Shown here: one piece after another, positions 50,521-58,974 of the stretch
Layout of the letters: each line of letters starts with the position of its first letter
Position numbering within the stretch: the stretch's first letter is position 1
From: an uncultured Saprospiraceae bacterium
Lineage (GTDB): Bacteria; Bacteroidota; Bacteroidia; Chitinophagales; Saprospiraceae
DNA: 64,000 nucleotides
Assembly (NCBI GenBank): GCA_964486185.1
Contig: CAZALD010000013.1
Coordinates: forward strand, 34,897-98,896
Direction: 5' to 3'
Notes under the pieces: generated by a model
Told to the model about the DNA's origin: nothing
The model's input: the letters and a program-made list of their open reading frames with translations, nothing else
Database searches by the model: none
Position numbers and translations under genes: made by a program

Positions 50521-51237
50521 CTATCGATTAAACTGTTGCATCAGTTTATTAAGTTTGTCCTCATCAATTTCCTCTGACGTACCTAAATCCATAATCTTAT
50601 CTTTTTCGACTGATTGATTTTTTCTAAGAGATGCATGAAATCGCTTGATGCCCGTGCGACTCAGAATTTCAGATACATTGCTATGATCAATTCCTCCTCC
50701 AGCCATAAATTGAATATGTTTTCCAAAAGTTTCATTCCATTTTCTAAGTGTGGAAATGCCCTGAAATGCAGATGAAGTTTGACCAGAGCTTAGTATTCTA
50801 TCAATTTGTAAATCAATTAGATGTTGAATTAATGGTTCTGGATCTACAGCAATGTCAATGGCTCTGTGAAAAACAATAACCGAGCCTTGAGAGATATCGA
50901 TTATTTTTTCTAAAAAGGAAACATCCAGATAGTGATTTTTTGTAAGTCCTCCGGCTACAATTGTATCAACTCCGGAATCCAGGGCACTTTGTATATCCAG
51001 AAGAATAATCTTCTGTTCAGATTCAGAATAGACAAAATTCCCGTTCCTTGGTCTAAAAAAGACAGCCATTTCTTTTTTAAAGAGTTGCCTTGACTTGCGA
51101 ATCATGCCGGTTGATGGAGTGAGTCCTCCGTGACTTAGATCAACACAAAGTTCAATTGCGTCGGCACCATAATATTGTGCCAGTTCAACAGAATAGATAT
51201 CTGAACAACAAATTTCAATAGTGATATCAGAACCCAT
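50521..51237 (-). CDS. cutC: CutC-family copper homeostasis protein
   Basis: TIM-barrel-like pattern IEICCSD...GADAIELC...GGLTPS...HRAID.... Confidence 0.7.
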   Translation of the reverse strand: MGSDITIEICCSDIYSVELAQYYGADAIELCVDLSHGGLTPSTGMIRKSRQLFKKEMAVFFRPRNGNFVYSESEQKIILLDIQSALDSGVDTIVAGGLTKNHYLDVSFLEKIIDISQGSVIVFHRAIDIAVDPEPLIQHLIDLQIDRILSSGQTSSAFQGISTLRKWNETFGKHIQFMAGGGIDHSNVSEILSRTGIKRFHASLRKNQSVEKDKIMDLGTSEEIDEDKLNKLMQQFNR

Positions 51238-51271
51238 GGGTATCTGAATAAAAATATAACATTAAAAAGGA

Positions 51272-51880
51272 TTATTGCAATTTTTTGTATCGTTTTTCAG
51301 CAGTATCCCAATTTACTACATTAAAAAACCCGGAGACATAATCTGGGCGACGGTTTTGATATAAAAGATAGTAGGCATGCTCCCAGACATCTAATCCAAT
51401 GACTGGCGATCCGCCACAACCAGTATTAGGCATGAGTGGATTATCCTGATTTGGTGTGGAGCAGATTTCAAGTTGACCACCTGCATGAACGCATAGCCAG
51501 GCCCAACCCGAACCAAACCTGCTAATTGCAGCTGCGGTAAATTTTTCTTTGAAGGCATCAAAGCTTGAAAAATCGCGATTAATGGCTGATGCCAGAGATC
51601 CAGTTGGATTACCACCGCCATGAGGAGACATGATTTCCCAGAACAGGCAATGATTATAATAGCCACCACCATTATTGCGAAGCGGCATATTATTCATATC
51701 CATGTTTTTAAGAATATCCTCGATACTCATCTGATCCAAAGCCGTATCCTTAATGGCAGCATTCAAATTATTGGTATAAGCGGCATGATGCTTTCCATGA
51801 TGGATTTCCATGGTTCGTGTGTCGATGTAGGGTTCAAGTGCTTGATGTGGATAAGGTAATTCAGGAAGTGAAAATGGCAT
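51272..51880 (-). CDS. Fe/Mn superoxide dismutase
   Basis: HHGKHHAAY and DVWEHAYYL metal-ligand motifs. Confidence 0.9.
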   Translation of the reverse strand: MPFSLPELPYPHQALEPYIDTRTMEIHHGKHHAAYTNNLNAAIKDTALDQMSIEDILKNMDMNNMPLRNNGGGYYNHCLFWEIMSPHGGGNPTGSLASAINRDFSSFDAFKEKFTAAAISRFGSGWAWLCVHAGGQLEICSTPNQDNPLMPNTGCGGSPVIGLDVWEHAYYLLYQNRRPDYVSGFFNVVNWDTAEKRYKKLQ

Positions 51881-51976
51881 ATGTAAGTTGTTTCTGATTG
51901 TAAAAGTAAAACACTGTTTCTAAAGCAATTGTTTTTATTCCAAAAATTTAAGTTCTGGAGTTCATATTTTTTTTGC

Positions 51977-52873
51977 TTATATATTTAATGTTTTTTTTTC
52001 CAATTTGTTTTTAATAACTGGATGTAAAAAAACACTGATCAAAATAAGAGCTACACCCAAATAAAATTGGGTATTCAGTTCTTTATGTTCTTTTAGCAGA
52101 ACAATAGCCACAATAATTCCGTAAACTGGTTCTAAATTAAATGTTAGCATTACAGAAAAAGCACTCAATTCTTTTAATGCTTTAATAGCTAAAATATAAG
52201 CAATATACGTACAAATAAATGAAAGAATGATTAAGTACAACAGATCAGAACCCGATGGCCAGAAAGGCAGATCAGCTTGGAAATAAAAGAGAAAAGGTAA
52301 AATGCAACTCAAAAATACCCACACAGAAAATAACTCCAGCCATGTAATATTTGCCGGATTGGCGTAATGAATATATTTTTTATTTAATGTTGCAAAACTG
52401 GCTGATAATAAAGCAGAAAGTATTCCGACAAAAAAGCCAATCTGATAACTCAGATCAATATTTTGCAAAATCAGCCACATTCCCGGTAAACACAAAAAAC
52501 CGATTAATATATCCAGGGATTGTAATTTGGATTTATTAAATATTGAATCAAAAAACGCAGTAAAAATGGGTATGAATGCAAGACAAATCATACCAATGGA
52601 GGAGTTGGATAATTTAATTGAACCATAAAAGCACAACCAATGCAGAGCTACCAATACTCCAATAAACATAAATATCTTAAAGCTCTTAGCGTCGAGTTCT
52701 TTAAAACCGGATTTTCCTAACATGTGTGGAATCATCAATACCCAGGTCAGCAAAGCCCTCCACCAGACTAGTATGAGGGCTGGCAACATGATTAACTTAC
52801 CTAAAATACCGGTAAAACCGAATAAAAAGACGGCTATATGTAAATAAATCAAAGCTTTTTTAAATCTATCCAT
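51977..52873 (-). CDS. DMT-superfamily (EamA-like) transporter
   Basis: About 10 TM segments with a duplicated EamA-like layout. The start is moved to the ATG at 52873. Confidence 0.6.
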   Translation of the reverse strand: MDRFKKALIYLHIAVFLFGFTGILGKLIMLPALILVWWRALLTWVLMIPHMLGKSGFKELDAKSFKIFMFIGVLVALHWLCFYGSIKLSNSSIGMICLAFIPIFTAFFDSIFNKSKLQSLDILIGFLCLPGMWLILQNIDLSYQIGFFVGILSALLSASFATLNKKYIHYANPANITWLELFSVWVFLSCILPFLFYFQADLPFWPSGSDLLYLIILSFICTYIAYILAIKALKELSAFSVMLTFNLEPVYGIIVAIVLLKEHKELNTQFYLGVALILISVFLHPVIKNKLEKKTLNI

Positions 52874-52902
52874 CCAGGATTTTGAATATGACAACAAATA
52901 TC

Positions 52903-52910
52903 TATTTTTG
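52903..52910 (+). promoter_or_regulatory. -7 box TAnnTTTG (TATTTTTG) upstream of the peroxiredoxin gene
   Basis: Exact motif match, 21 nt before the ATG at 52932. Confidence 0.4.
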
Positions 52911-52931
52911 TGCCCTCTTTAAAGTAATTAT

Positions 52932-53405
52932 ATGAGTAATCTGCAAATTGGCGAAAAAGCACCTGGATTTATGCTTGTTTCGTCAGAAAAAAATGAAATA
53001 AATCTTTCCGATTTTAAAGGAAAAAGTGTACTAATTCTATTTTTTCCATTTGCATTTAGCGGTACTTGTACCAAAGAATTATGCCAGATGCGGGATGATT
53101 TAGCTATTTATGAAAATCTGAAAGCTGAGATTTTAGCTATTTCGGTAGATTCACCTCATGCTTTAAATAAATTTAAAGAATTAAATCAACTTCCGTTTCT
53201 GCTGCTGTCTGATTTTAATAAAACTGCCTGTAAAGCATATGATTGTATGCATGAAGAATTTTCCCTTGGATTAAAAGGTGTTGCAAAACGCTCCGCATTT
53301 ATTATTGATAAAGAAGGTAATTTAAGATATCAGGAAATTTTGGAAAATCCTGGAAGTTTACCTAACTTCGACGCTATAAATAAAGTTTTAACTAATTTAA
53401 ATTAA
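52932..53405 (+). CDS. Peroxiredoxin (AhpC/TSA, Bcp-like)
   Basis: FPFAFSGTCTKELC peroxidatic-Cys context, 157 aa. Confidence 0.8.
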   Translation: MSNLQIGEKAPGFMLVSSEKNEINLSDFKGKSVLILFFPFAFSGTCTKELCQMRDDLAIYENLKAEILAISVDSPHALNKFKELNQLPFLLLSDFNKTACKAYDCMHEEFSLGLKGVAKRSAFIIDKEGNLRYQEILENPGSLPNFDAINKVLTNLN

Positions 53406-53412
53406 TTCGACC

Positions 53413-53715
53413 ATGATGCAATCAAATCCTGGAACCTGGGAAGCCATAGAAGAAGAAGTATTATTGGAAGAATCTTCAGGTGAAATTTCAGAATTAATTG
53501 TGTTCAATGATGATGTAAATACCTTTGATTGGGTCATTGAAAGCCTTATGGATATTTGCAATCATACATTCGAACAAGCCGAACAACTATCGCTGATAGT
53601 ACATTTTAAAGGAAAAGCTATAGTCAAAACAGCCGATCTCAATACACTGCTTCCAATGAAAAATGGACTTTGTGACAGAGGTCTTTCTGCTGTGATTGAT
53701 ACAATAAAAGTTTAA
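53413..53715 (+). CDS. clpS: ATP-dependent Clp protease adaptor ClpS
   Basis: VFNDDVNTFDWVIESLMDICNHTFEQAEQLSLIVHFKGKA. Confidence 0.85.
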   Translation: MMQSNPGTWEAIEEEVLLEESSGEISELIVFNDDVNTFDWVIESLMDICNHTFEQAEQLSLIVHFKGKAIVKTADLNTLLPMKNGLCDRGLSAVIDTIKV

Positions 53716-53719
53716 AGAA

Positions 53720-54403
53720 TTGCCTGTTTATCAGATTCCTGATGAACACATTATTTTTCCAGATCCAAGGGATGCAAATCCAGACGGACTGCTTGGTATT
53801 GGAGGAGACTTAAATCCTCAACGATTAATTCTCGCCTATCAAAATGGTATCTTCCCCTGGTATTCAGCCGGCGAGTTCATTCAATGGTGGTGTCTGATTC
53901 CCAGGTTGATTTTATTCCCTGGTAAAATAAAAATATCCCGCAGCATGCAGTCTGTTTTAAATCATGCTGATTTTCATTACACGTTGGATCAGGATTTTTT
54001 GTCTGTTATGTTGCATTGTAAAACAATCCAAAGACCAAATCAGTCTGGCTCCTGGATTCATCAGGATATCCTCGATGCATTCCTTCAATTACACCAATTG
54101 GGAATAGCCCATTCTGTGGAAGTTTGGCAAAAAAATGTGCTGGTCGGAGGTTTATATGGATTGGCAATTGGAAAAATGTTTTGTGGCGAATCTATGTTTG
54201 CCCGGAGCAACAATGCTTCTAAGTTTGCCTTGATTCATTTGTGCAAAGAACTCATAAAAAAAGAATTTCACTTTATAGATTGCCAGCAGGATACGCCCCA
54301 TCTGAGAAGTATGGGTGCTGAAATTTATACTAAAGATGATTTCTTTAATATGCTTGAACACAATAAAAAATATCCTGTATTGGGTGAAAAATGGTCTGCT
54401 TAA
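53720..54403 (+). CDS. aat: Leucyl/phenylalanyl-tRNA--protein transferase
   Basis: GIFPWY and FCGESMF motifs. It sits directly after clpS. TTG start. Confidence 0.8.
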   Translation: MPVYQIPDEHIIFPDPRDANPDGLLGIGGDLNPQRLILAYQNGIFPWYSAGEFIQWWCLIPRLILFPGKIKISRSMQSVLNHADFHYTLDQDFLSVMLHCKTIQRPNQSGSWIHQDILDAFLQLHQLGIAHSVEVWQKNVLVGGLYGLAIGKMFCGESMFARSNNASKFALIHLCKELIKKEFHFIDCQQDTPHLRSMGAEIYTKDDFFNMLEHNKKYPVLGEKWSA

Positions 54404-54528
54404 ATTGATACTCTTAATTTTCTGACGGGTTAAATAGGACAAACCAATACCTTTACATCTATGTAATTACTGGAAGTAAGCTGTAAAACTTAAAACAAGT
54501 ACCAAGATTTATAAATCAATGTAAATTG

Positions 54529-55815
54529 ATGAATTATAAAGAGACAATTCAGTATATGTATAATGCCTTGCCGATGTTTCACCGGCAAGGTGCAGTCGCT
54601 TATAAAAAAGACCTGACCAATATTCTGGCTTTATGTCAGGCTATGGGAAATCCACATTTAAAATTAAAGTGCTTTCATATTGCAGGTACCAATGGAAAAG
54701 GATCCGTTACCCATTTGCTTGCAGCGGTCTTTCAGGCGCATGGCTATAAAACCGGAGTGTATGTTTCTCCTCATTATAAAGATTTCAGGGAGCGTGTAAA
54801 AATAAATGGCGAATATATTTCAAAGGCTTACGTATGCAGATTTATCCAAACATACCAAGCTTTGTTTGAACAAATAAAACCATCTTTTTTTGAAATGACC
54901 GTCGCATTGGCTTTCTGTTGGTTTGAATTTCAAAAAGTAGATTTTGCCATCATTGAAACTGGACTTGGAGGTCGCCTGGATTCTACAAACATTGTAACTC
55001 CTTTATTAAGTATTATTACCAATATTAGTTGGGATCATAGTGATATTTTAGGTGATACGCTTGAAAAAATCGCCGCAGAAAAAGCTGGTATCATAAAAAA
55101 AAATATTCCTGTTTTGATTGGTCGCAAACAAGAACAAACCCGTGATATTTTTACCAATGTGAGTAACAAAAATCAATCTGAAATCTTTTATGCGGAAGAT
55201 CTGGTGGCTGATTTTCAATATGACAATTCAAATCTAGGCTTAAATCGATTGCAGTTTTCAGTACTACATTCAAAAAAAAATCTCATTCCTTCTCTTAAAG
55301 GATTATATCAATGGGAAAATATCCGTACCGTACTGGCAGCTTGTGAAATAATACATCATAAGTTATCTATACCATTAGAAGTTGATCGGATAGCTTATGC
55401 CCTGGAAAAGACAAAAGAGCTCACTAATATTATTGGCCGTTGGCAGATTATTTCCAGCACTCCATTGATAATTGGTGAAAGTGCACACAATGAAGATGGT
55501 ATTGATTATTTAAATTTTCAATTGAATCAAATGCAGTATCAGAATCTGCATATTGTCTTTGGATTTGTAAAAGAAAAACCTCTTGATAAAATTTTTACTA
55601 AATTACCTAAAGAAGCCTTATATTATTTTGTGAAAGCAAAAATACCCAGGGCCATGGATGCAACTGAGCTACAGGAAAAAGCCAGTTCTTATGGTTTAAG
55701 GGGTCAGCCATATACCAGCGTTTTAAAAGCACTTTCTGCGGCCAGGAAGCGATCAAAAGAAAATGATTTAATTCTTATTACTGGAAGTATTTTTGTAGTA
55801 GCTGAAGCTTTGTAA
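54529..55815 (+). CDS. folC: Bifunctional folylpolyglutamate synthase/dihydrofolate synthase
   Basis: Mur-ligase P-loop HIAGTNGKGS, and ETGLGGRLDSTN. Confidence 0.85.
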   Translation: MNYKETIQYMYNALPMFHRQGAVAYKKDLTNILALCQAMGNPHLKLKCFHIAGTNGKGSVTHLLAAVFQAHGYKTGVYVSPHYKDFRERVKINGEYISKAYVCRFIQTYQALFEQIKPSFFEMTVALAFCWFEFQKVDFAIIETGLGGRLDSTNIVTPLLSIITNISWDHSDILGDTLEKIAAEKAGIIKKNIPVLIGRKQEQTRDIFTNVSNKNQSEIFYAEDLVADFQYDNSNLGLNRLQFSVLHSKKNLIPSLKGLYQWENIRTVLAACEIIHHKLSIPLEVDRIAYALEKTKELTNIIGRWQIISSTPLIIGESAHNEDGIDYLNFQLNQMQYQNLHIVFGFVKEKPLDKIFTKLPKEALYYFVKAKIPRAMDATELQEKASSYGLRGQPYTSVLKALSAARKRSKENDLILITGSIFVVAEAL

Positions 55816-55825
55816 AGTAATTATT

Positions 55826-56377
55826 ATGAAAATTGTTATAGCGATTGCAGGCGCAAGCGGTGCAATTTATGCCCGTACCTTGCTGGAGACATTAAAATCT
55901 GCCGCATCTCATGAAGTATCTTATGTGTTGAGTGACAATGCAGAAATTAACTGGAAATTAGAAAATCCGGATCATTTGTTGGATGATTTTCCGTTTAAAC
56001 GATTTTCCAAAAATGATTTTAATGCGCCCTTTGCTTCAGGTTCTGCGCAGTATGAAGCCATGATTGTTTGTCCATGTTCGGCAGGCTTGTTAGGTCGTAT
56101 CGCAAATGGAATTTCAAATGATTTAATCACCAGGGCAGCCGATGTGATGTTGAAAGAAAGAAGAAAGTTGATATTGGTTTTTCGGGAAACACCACTAAAC
56201 CTGATTCACATCGAAAACATGAAAACCCTTACACTGGCAGGTGGTATCATTTGTCCGGCAATTCCTTCTTTTTATTCTCATCCAAAAACACCAGATGATA
56301 TTGCCAGAACAGTATCCAATCGTGCCCTGGAATTGATTGGAGTGGATACAGGAAGTTTTAAATGGGGTCAAAGCTAA
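55826..56377 (+). CDS. ubiX: Flavin prenyltransferase UbiX
   Basis: IAIAGASGAIYA, MIVCPCS, LVFRETPL. Confidence 0.85.
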   Translation: MKIVIAIAGASGAIYARTLLETLKSAASHEVSYVLSDNAEINWKLENPDHLLDDFPFKRFSKNDFNAPFASGSAQYEAMIVCPCSAGLLGRIANGISNDLITRAADVMLKERRKLILVFRETPLNLIHIENMKTLTLAGGIICPAIPSFYSHPKTPDDIARTVSNRALELIGVDTGSFKWGQS

Positions 56378-56383
56378 AATGCC

Positions 56384-57022
56384 ATGCCATTATTTTTGGA
56401 AAAACATCAGATTCAGCTTGCATCCATATATTTTTGGAAAATTGATGAACCAGCCTCCTTCTTTATAAATAATATGCCATGGAATCCTAAACAATTGGAA
56501 TGGCTGAATTCAATACATAAATTAAAACGATTAGAATATCTGGCTTCCCGGTATCTTATATACCAGATAACCGGAAAATTGGATAGTCATTTATTTAAAG
56601 ATGAATCGGGAAAATTACATTTGGACGATTCAAATCAACATCTGTCTATTTCTCATTCAGATGCCTATATTGGTTTGGCCTTGTCTGAAAAAGTAATTGG
56701 ATTTGATTTACAAAAATCGGCTTCTAAAATAAACAGGATTGCAAAAAGGTTTTTGTCGGATAAGGAAAATGATACTTTAAAAGCTTGGAATTCTGAAAAA
56801 AATATGATTCAGGCATGGACTATTAAAGAAGCTGTTTATAAGGCATATGGTAAAAAGGGAATTTTGTTTTCTTCTCAAATTCAATTAGATTTATCAAAAC
56901 TTGTTGACCATCAATTTAAAATTACTCAATCTACATTAAAATTACCGGATTATGAAAAATCATATAGAATTCATCATGAATGGATCGAAGATTTTGGCTG
57001 GGCACTTGCAACCGAACTATAA
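56384..57022 (+). CDS. 4'-phosphopantetheinyl transferase (Sfp-type)
   Basis: LSISHSD and WTIKEAVYKAYG motifs. Confidence 0.7.
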   Translation: MPLFLEKHQIQLASIYFWKIDEPASFFINNMPWNPKQLEWLNSIHKLKRLEYLASRYLIYQITGKLDSHLFKDESGKLHLDDSNQHLSISHSDAYIGLALSEKVIGFDLQKSASKINRIAKRFLSDKENDTLKAWNSEKNMIQAWTIKEAVYKAYGKKGILFSSQIQLDLSKLVDHQFKITQSTLKLPDYEKSYRIHHEWIEDFGWALATEL

Positions 57023-57023
57023 T

Positions 57024-57485
57024 GTGTATTCAGCACTTTTATTTATTTTGATTTTCAATATATCCTGTAAGCCAGGTGACGGCAAACAACTTGGAAAAAA
57101 TGAAGACAACCATTATGATATTGAAAATAATGAACTTAAACAATTGCCTTCTGATTTTCAGAAATTCTATCGTGAGTTTCACGCTGATAGTACTTTTCAA
57201 ATGAATCATATCGATTTTCCTTTACAGGGTATTCCAGATCAGGCAGATCCGGATGATATTAAAAACAACGAATATTATTTTACAGCCGATCAATGGTCGC
57301 TCCATAAAGAATTTGATTTGAGTAAATTTAAAATGAGCTATCTGCAGATTGGAGATGTTTTGATTGAAGAGCGAATTGTCGAAAAGCAGCATCAGTTAAT
57401 GGTAATCCGGCGATTTGCAAAAAATGCAAGGGGTTGGCGTTTGATTTATTATGCCGGTGTTAATAAATACAAAACCCGTGAATAA
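57024..57485 (+). CDS. Hypothetical lipoprotein
   Basis: An in-frame GTG at 57024 gives VYSALLFILIFNISC, a lipobox-like signal, and removes the 70-nt overlap of the track ORF with the upstream gene. Confidence 0.4.
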   Translation: MYSALLFILIFNISCKPGDGKQLGKNEDNHYDIENNELKQLPSDFQKFYREFHADSTFQMNHIDFPLQGIPDQADPDDIKNNEYYFTADQWSLHKEFDLSKFKMSYLQIGDVLIEERIVEKQHQLMVIRRFAKNARGWRLIYYAGVNKYKTRE

Positions 57486-57541
57486 TCAGGATTCTGACAC
57501 GAAGTAATCGAATCAAAACAAGGTAATGATCTGTTGGCAGG

Positions 57542-57615
57542 TCGGGATGACTGGATTCGAACCAGCGGCCTCTTCGTCCCGAACGAAGCGCGCTACCAGG
57601 CTGCGCTACATCCCG
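57542..57615 (-). tRNA. tRNA-Pro (anticodon CGG), CCA not encoded
   Basis: I folded the cloverleaf by hand: acceptor CGGGATG/CATCCCG, D-stem GCGC/GCGC, anticodon stem CTTCG/CGAAG with loop TTCGGGA, T-arm GCTGG-TTCGAAT-CCAGT. Length 74 nt. Confidence 0.92.
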
Positions 57616-57625
57616 AATTCGGCAT

Positions 57626-57806
57626 GGGTGTGGGTGTGGGTGTGGGTGTGATTTGGGTGTGGGTGTGAGTGTGGGTGTGAGTGTGAGTGTGGGTGTGATT
57701 TGGGTGTGGGTGTGAGTGTGATTTGGGTGTGAGTTTGGGTGTGGGTGTGGGTGTGATTTGGGTGTGAGTGTGAGTGTGATTTTGGTGTGAGTGTGGGTGT
57801 GAGTGT
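57626..57806 (+). repeat. Imperfect hexanucleotide tandem array G(G/A)GTGT, about 26 units, punctuated by five GATTT(T) spacers
   Basis: Direct reading gives 16x GGGTGT, 8x GAGTGT and 2 degenerate units. There is no cytosine on the plus strand across the whole array, and it starts 10 nt from the tRNA-Pro 5' end. Confidence 0.95.
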
Positions 57807-57977
57807 TGGTTGATGATCAATCTGAGATTGTTTCAAAAGCATAATTCGACTTAAAAACAGTATATACAATATACTGGATGATTGATCTAACAGGATTCAA
57901 ACTCGATTGATTGATTCTGATAGGAATCCAGACAAAATTAATCACAAAGTAAAGAATGGGAACAGAAGTGAATACAT

Positions 57978-58006
57978 AAAAAAAGGCCGCATCTTGAAAT
58001 GCGGCC
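57978..58006 (-). terminator. Rho-independent terminator of the sigma-factor gene
   Basis: On the minus strand, ggccgc-atttcaagat-gcggcc is followed by T7. Confidence 0.7.
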
Positions 58007-58129
58007 CCCCTAATCCCTGTGGGAAAACATATCCCGATTTTAAACGAAGCCTAAAAAACTCTCATTTTGATACAAAACGATGAAAATCCTTGGTTGGTTC
58101 ACAATTTTTGTTAAGATTTTACTAAAGCT

Positions 58130-58711
58130 CTATTGAAGTACCATTTTGCGCTCATCCATCATTTTACGGATGTTTATTAAAGCATAACGCATACGACCCA
58201 AAGCTGTATTGATACTTACACGGGTTAAAGCGGCAATATCTTTAAAGCTCATATCAGCATAATGACGCAATATCACGACTTCCTTTTGTTCGTCTGGTAA
58301 CGAATCGACTAATTGACGAATTTTATCATGAGTTTCGGATCGGATCATTTGATCCTCCCTATTTTCATCTGGTAATTCCAGAATATCAAATATATCAAAA
58401 TCATCCCCACCGCTTACTTTGTTCCGGCGTTTGTTCCGGCGAAACTGATCAACGCACATATTGTACGCAATACGGATAGCCCATTGAGAAAATTTTCCCT
58501 CATGATTGTAGTTACCCTTTCTAAGGGTATCAATAATTTTAATAAAAACATCCTGAAATAAATCCTCTGCCAGCTCTCTATCTTTGACAAACAAATAGAT
58601 AGATGTGTAGATTTTTTGTTCGTGTCTTCGGATTAATTCTGCAAAGGCGGATTCACTTCCTTGTAAATACTCATTGATCAATGCCTGATCACTTTGATTA
58701 ATAACTTGCAT
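58130..58711 (-). CDS. Sigma-70 family (ECF-type) RNA polymerase sigma factor
   Basis: Region 2 (LAEDLFQDVFIKI...WAIRIAYNMCVDQFR) and region 4 HTH (SFKDIAALTRVSINTALGRMRYAL). Confidence 0.8.
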   Translation of the reverse strand: MQVINQSDQALINEYLQGSESAFAELIRRHEQKIYTSIYLFVKDRELAEDLFQDVFIKIIDTLRKGNYNHEGKFSQWAIRIAYNMCVDQFRRNKRRNKVSGGDDFDIFDILELPDENREDQMIRSETHDKIRQLVDSLPDEQKEVVILRHYADMSFKDIAALTRVSINTALGRMRYALINIRKMMDERKMVLQ

Positions 58712-58974
58712 ACCCTAATGTTTTTAAAAATTAATTAAGTGTAGAAGTTATAATCTATAGGCTAAGAGTTAGTGAATTAATTTGAAATACGTGATAAAGA
58801 TATGATAAGTGCCTTTGTTGCTGCCAGGGAATTGTCCATTTAACGAAATTTTAACCGCAACAAGTGCTAACTTCTACAAATATATCAAAAAAAATGCCAA
58901 TTTCAGTTTCTTTTTTTCAGGTTTCTTGAGGAATTGGTCAATTTTGTTTCTTTTTGCAGGTTTATTTTCAGCGA

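Noticed and set aside
57626-57806. The tandem array as a possible CRISPR locus.
   Set aside because: The units are 6 nt with 5-nt interruptions. There is no 25-40 nt repeat/spacer architecture and there are no cas genes.
57593-57869. Two minus-strand ORFs (75 and 87 aa) encoding His-Thr / Pro-Thr / Ser-His repeats.
   Set aside because: They are simply translations of the ACACCC/ACACTC hexamer array. One overlaps the tRNA-Pro gene, and there is no start context or non-repeat domain. I treat the region as non-coding repeat.
57811-57890. A direct repeat GATGATCAATCT / GATGATTGATCT near tRNA-Pro, as a possible att-site scar of an integrative element.
   Set aside because: Only 10 of 12 nt match, 68 bp apart, with nothing integrated between them. 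That is within chance expectation for AT-rich sequence.
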